NCBI GenBank assembly: GCA_016699425.1
Contig: CP064975.1
Span: 789,698 to 853,697, forward strand
Direction: 5' to 3'
Source: Candidatus Moraniibacteriota bacterium
GTDB lineage: Bacteria > Patescibacteriota > Minisyncoccia > Moranbacterales > UBA1568
DNA length: 64,000 nt
Below the pieces are notes generated by a model. It did no database searches and had not been told where the DNA came from. It saw nothing but the letters and a program-made list of their open reading frames with translations. The position numbers were made by a program, and so were the translations under genes. The first letter of the stretch is position 1. Every line of letters begins with the position of its first letter. This document shows, one piece after another, positions 61,464 through 64,000 of the stretch.

Positions 61464-61545
61464 GCACCAAGACGGGAATCGAACCCGTACGATCCAAAGA
61501 TCATCTTCTTGTAGAATTTCAAAAAAATTAGAAACTCTAGTAGGA
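61464..61545 (-). other. tRNA-like T-arm/acceptor fragment (GTACGGGTTCGATTCCCGTCTTGGTGC) plus long AT-rich hairpin; not a complete cloverleaf by eye
   Basis: perfect T-arm ACGGG-TTCGATT-CCCGT on minus strand; no matching 5' acceptor strand found. Confidence 0.3.
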
Positions 61546-61630
61546 AGATGTGTCTACCATTCCACCACTCGAGCAAAGCTTTTACCCATAATACTATCTC
61601 CAGCTAAATCAATATTAAGCAGAAAAAGAG

Positions 61631-62206
61631 TCAGGACAGTATCTTTTCGTTACGCTTTTGAAGTAAATATCCCGCTATACCTAAAATAATTGGCATGGCT
61701 AGTCCCATAATTACAATTGTATCCACTCGTTCATTTATTCGAACATACGCCCCTTCTAAATCCTCAACACTTTCATTCAAAACATCCTGTTTATCCTTCA
61801 ATGTTCTTGAGGTTATTGCCTTATCAGTATCATAAAGTATTGTCTCTTCGATTGAGTTCTGCCTTGCCTCCAAACCAGTTACTCGCTGATTTACCAAGGC
61901 AAGTGATGTGCCCTGGTTATTTTTCAGCACCTCCCGCAATGATAACAGCTCTTTCTCAAGAGCCAGGTTTTTCTTATTTAGATTTTCAATTTTTTCCAAG
62001 ATCTCATCCTTATTCCTTATCAAAGAGAATGGGAAACTATCAATTCTTGTCTGATAGAGTAGGTAGCCAATAGAAAGGACGGCGTAGACTATAGTGAGAC
62101 TGAGAACGAGACTCTGTTTTCTCTTCCTTCTTTCTTCTAAAGACTTCTGAAGAGCCAAGTACTCAGAGAAAGACTCAGATAGCTTTTTTTGTGAGGAATA
62201 GGCCAT
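61631..62206 (-). CDS. hypothetical coiled-coil membrane protein
   Basis: 2 TM helices flanking coiled-coil; AT-rich. Confidence 0.5.
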   Translation of the reverse strand: MAYSSQKKLSESFSEYLALQKSLEERRKRKQSLVLSLTIVYAVLSIGYLLYQTRIDSFPFSLIRNKDEILEKIENLNKKNLALEKELLSLREVLKNNQGTSLALVNQRVTGLEARQNSIEETILYDTDKAITSRTLKDKQDVLNESVEDLEGAYVRINERVDTIVIMGLAMPIILGIAGYLLQKRNEKILS

Positions 62207-62209
62207 ACC

Positions 62210-62416
62210 TTATTTCTTTGGGAAAGCTTCATCAATCGCTTCAGCAACAATATCGAGCTCCTTTTCCAGTTCAGTTGAAATCTCCTCCTCAGTAACAATT
62301 TTTTTTTCAATAAGGATCTTCTCTATTGCATTCAATCTCGCATTTCTCGCAAAATCAAAGGCCGATCTTGGACCAACCTTTGAATTTATTCTATCTAAAA
62401 ATTCTTGCAGCTTCAT
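62210..62416 (-). CDS. small hypothetical protein (68 aa)
   Basis: 3-nt gap to downstream ORF. Confidence 0.4.
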   Translation of the reverse strand: MKLQEFLDRINSKVGPRSAFDFARNARLNAIEKILIEKKIVTEEEISTELEKELDIVAEAIDEAFPKK

Positions 62417-62665
62417 ATCTTTTCTTTTGTGATAAAAACCCGGCCGAAACCGTGAGTCCTAAGTAACTTCCTTGTAGAGGGAAGATAGTCTAAAAACCTA
62501 GTTCGGTCAAGCATACAAAAAACCAGTCTTGCGACTGGTTTCGTGCCTTACACGGTATCAGAAGGAAATTCCTTGATCCTTGGATATTCGTGCGGAGAGT
62601 GCTGATCATATAAAGTGGGACCTCTTCACGGAGTCGCCCACCAAAGGGCTGTCCCACCGACAATA

Positions 62666-63136
62666 ATCAATACTCTTGAGAGAGAAGAAGTCTGGGTGTG
62701 ACCATGACTTCTCCGAGGAAGAAAAAGTCCGACGAGAGCAAGCGGCGCAGAGGGTAACGCGTCGCAGGTGGAGGAGAACGGAGAAGCTCTTCGTCGGCCC
62801 TGACGACACTGGATGCCAGGGGAAATTTTCAGGAGCGCATTCGCTCTCTCAAGAGAACTGATATTCGATTGTAAACTGCATCAATACTCTTGAGAGAGAA
62901 GGAATCGAAGCGGTTGCGACGATTCCCTCTCGAGTGGGTTGCCGATCACAGATTGCCTGCGACCGGGCCCCCGGCGCCTTGCCCGCAGATACCGGGAAGT
63001 ATGCTGCAAGCCTCAGTCTGCCCGAGAGTGGTAGGGTCCCCCTGGGTTGGGGTGGTGAGAGGGACCGCTCGGAGCGACGACGACCTTGCGCCGGAAAGAA
63101 CAAAAGAGAACCCGAGGCTCTCTCAAGAATATTGAT
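62666..63136 (+). ncRNA. candidate structured RNA, possibly RNase P RNA (rnpB), built from two tandem inverted-repeat-bracketed units
   Basis: 5' TCAATACTC/TTGAGAGAG pairs with 3' CTCTCTCAA/GAATATTGA (P1/P2-like); P3-like hairpin GAAGTC..GACTTC; GAGGAAGAAAAAGTCCGAC (cf. GAGGAAAGUCCGGGC); GGGTAACGC; GGTGAGAGGGAC; AGAGAACCCGAGG before 3' stem (cf. ACAGAACCCGGCUUA); no credible ORFs. Confidence 0.35.
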
Positions 63137-63186
63137 CTGTGAAATAGCGTAGGGAGAGTATCGCAAATCCGGCTATCTAAGTCAAC

Positions 63187-63232
63187 AAAAAAAACCACCC
63201 AGGATCACTCCGAGGCGGCTTTCAATTTTTCC
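63187..63232. repeat. 46-nt terminator-like direct repeat B
   Basis: AAAAAAAACCACCCAGGATCACTCCGAGGCGGCTTTCAATTTTTCC, last 20 nt identical to repeat A. Confidence 0.5.
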
Positions 63233-63261
63233 GTATCCCGCGAACACGAGACGATCAAGCG

Positions 63262-64000
63262 CTATTTCCTCCCAATCAGAAGCATGACCAACTTCACCAT
63301 TTTTTCCTTGTCTCTCGGATGGCTTTCAGCAATGAGGAGCGTGATCGCCGTGAGCGCCTCGGGCGTAAGGCGTGTGGCATCGAGTAGCCGAGTCATGTTC
63401 AGAAACCACACGAAAGCATACGCACCCGTGCGTTTGTTCCCATCCACAAATGGATGATTTTTCACGATGAAATAGAGAAGATGCGCTGCCTTGGCTTCGA
63501 CACTCGGGTAGACATCTCGGCCACCGATCGCCTGCATCACATTTCCGACAATCCCCTCCAGTCCTTGTTTGCCCCGCTCCTGTGCGAACAGTTCTGTGGC
63601 TTCATGTTTCTTCAGTAGTTCGGCTTTCAGGATACTGACGGCCTCGGCCAATCGAGCGCCGGTCAAGATCACCTTCTTCTTTGTCGGCTTGGCAACATCA
63701 AACACCTCCCGGTCATAAGCATCGAGAGATACCCAGGTATCGGCAAACGATCGCACGAGCTCGAGGATACTCCCCGTATCGGTTTTCATCCCGGCTGGCA
63801 GCAAAGCCCTCACGTCAGCGACGGCTTGCGAGAACGCCTCATAATTCTTCCCGATCCGTGAACGATTGATAGTGTAACCCTCCACGAGATGACGGCGCAG
63901 CACACCGGTCGCCCACCTCCGAAACTGGGTCGCTTTCTTGGAATTAACACGGTAACCCACAGAAATGATCACATCCAGGTTGAAATACTCTACTTGGTAG
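63262..64000 (-). CDS. RhuM-family / Fic-DOC domain protein, 5'-partial (continues past window end)
   Basis: ...YQVEYFNLDVIISVGYRVNSKKATQFRRWAT RhuM core; HPFVDGNKRTGA Fic motif; frame open to position 64000. Confidence 0.75.
   Translation of the reverse strand, partial: YQVEYFNLDVIISVGYRVNSKKATQFRRWATGVLRRHLVEGYTINRSRIGKNYEAFSQAVADVRALLPAGMKTDTGSILELVRSFADTWVSLDAYDREVFDVAKPTKKKVILTGARLAEAVSILKAELLKKHEATELFAQERGKQGLEGIVGNVMQAIGGRDVYPSVEAKAAHLLYFIVKNHPFVDGNKRTGAYAFVWFLNMTRLLDATRLTPEALTAITLLIAESHPRDKEKMVKLVMLLIGRK

Noticed and set aside
1-64000. CRISPR arrays, rRNA genes, complete tRNA genes
   Set aside because: No regularly spaced direct repeats, no rRNA-like conserved stretches, and no fully foldable tRNA were seen anywhere in the window.

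Overview
This 64-kb window looks like a Candidate-Phyla-Radiation (Patescibacteria)-type genome segment. All of the following were inferred by eye from the sequence and the six-frame ORF track only; no searches were run. The core is a long minus-strand ribosomal super-operon: rpsL-rpsG-fusA, then a 3-kb insertion, then tuf-rpsJ-rplC-rplD-rplW-rplB-rpsS-rplV-rpsC-rplP-rpmC-rpsQ-rplN-rplX-rplE-rpsZ-rpsH-rplF-rplR-rpsE-rplO, then a 2-kb insertion, then secY-adk-map-ruvX. There is no rpmD (L30) between rpsE and rplO, which is a CPR hallmark. Upstream lies a DNA-repair-flavoured neighbourhood (NUDIX hydrolase, two SAM methyltransferases, an EndoIII-like glycosylase, Tag, an HxlR regulator, pirin, an RRM protein), followed by msrB and two ABC systems. 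One of these is a MacAB-like efflux operon carrying an FMN-binding-like exported protein and a SIMPL protein. An ECF sigma/anti-sigma pair follows. Downstream of the ribosomal block are rpmB, an M50 site-2 protease, DsbB, canonical lexA, and an ApbE flavin transferase next to a paralogous FMN-binding-like protein. Further downstream there is a second LexA-like repressor with a Y-family polymerase, whose sigma70 promoter carries a GAAC-N4-GTTC SOS box. The most interesting features are these. (1) An AT-rich island at about 3.9-7.9 kb encodes a 182-aa plus 1002-aa operon of unknown function, flanked by tRNA-3'-end-like repeats and a start-less gene remnant. (2) A 1.2-kb IS1-like element with 24-bp terminal inverted repeats and a 9-bp target duplication (GGGACAGTA) splits a gene between fusA and tuf. 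(3) rpsC (S3) carries an apparent +1 frameshift. (4) Three noncoding units are each bracketed by the same roughly 20-bp inverted repeats; two tandem units at 62.67-63.14 kb together resemble RNase P RNA (P1/P2/P3, AAAGTCCG, AGAACCCG). (5) A 2.6-kb AT-rich segment bounded by 46-bp direct repeats holds an RNase H fused to a novel C-terminal domain and a tRNA-like fragment, next to a partial RhuM/Fic gene. No CRISPR arrays or rRNA genes were seen.
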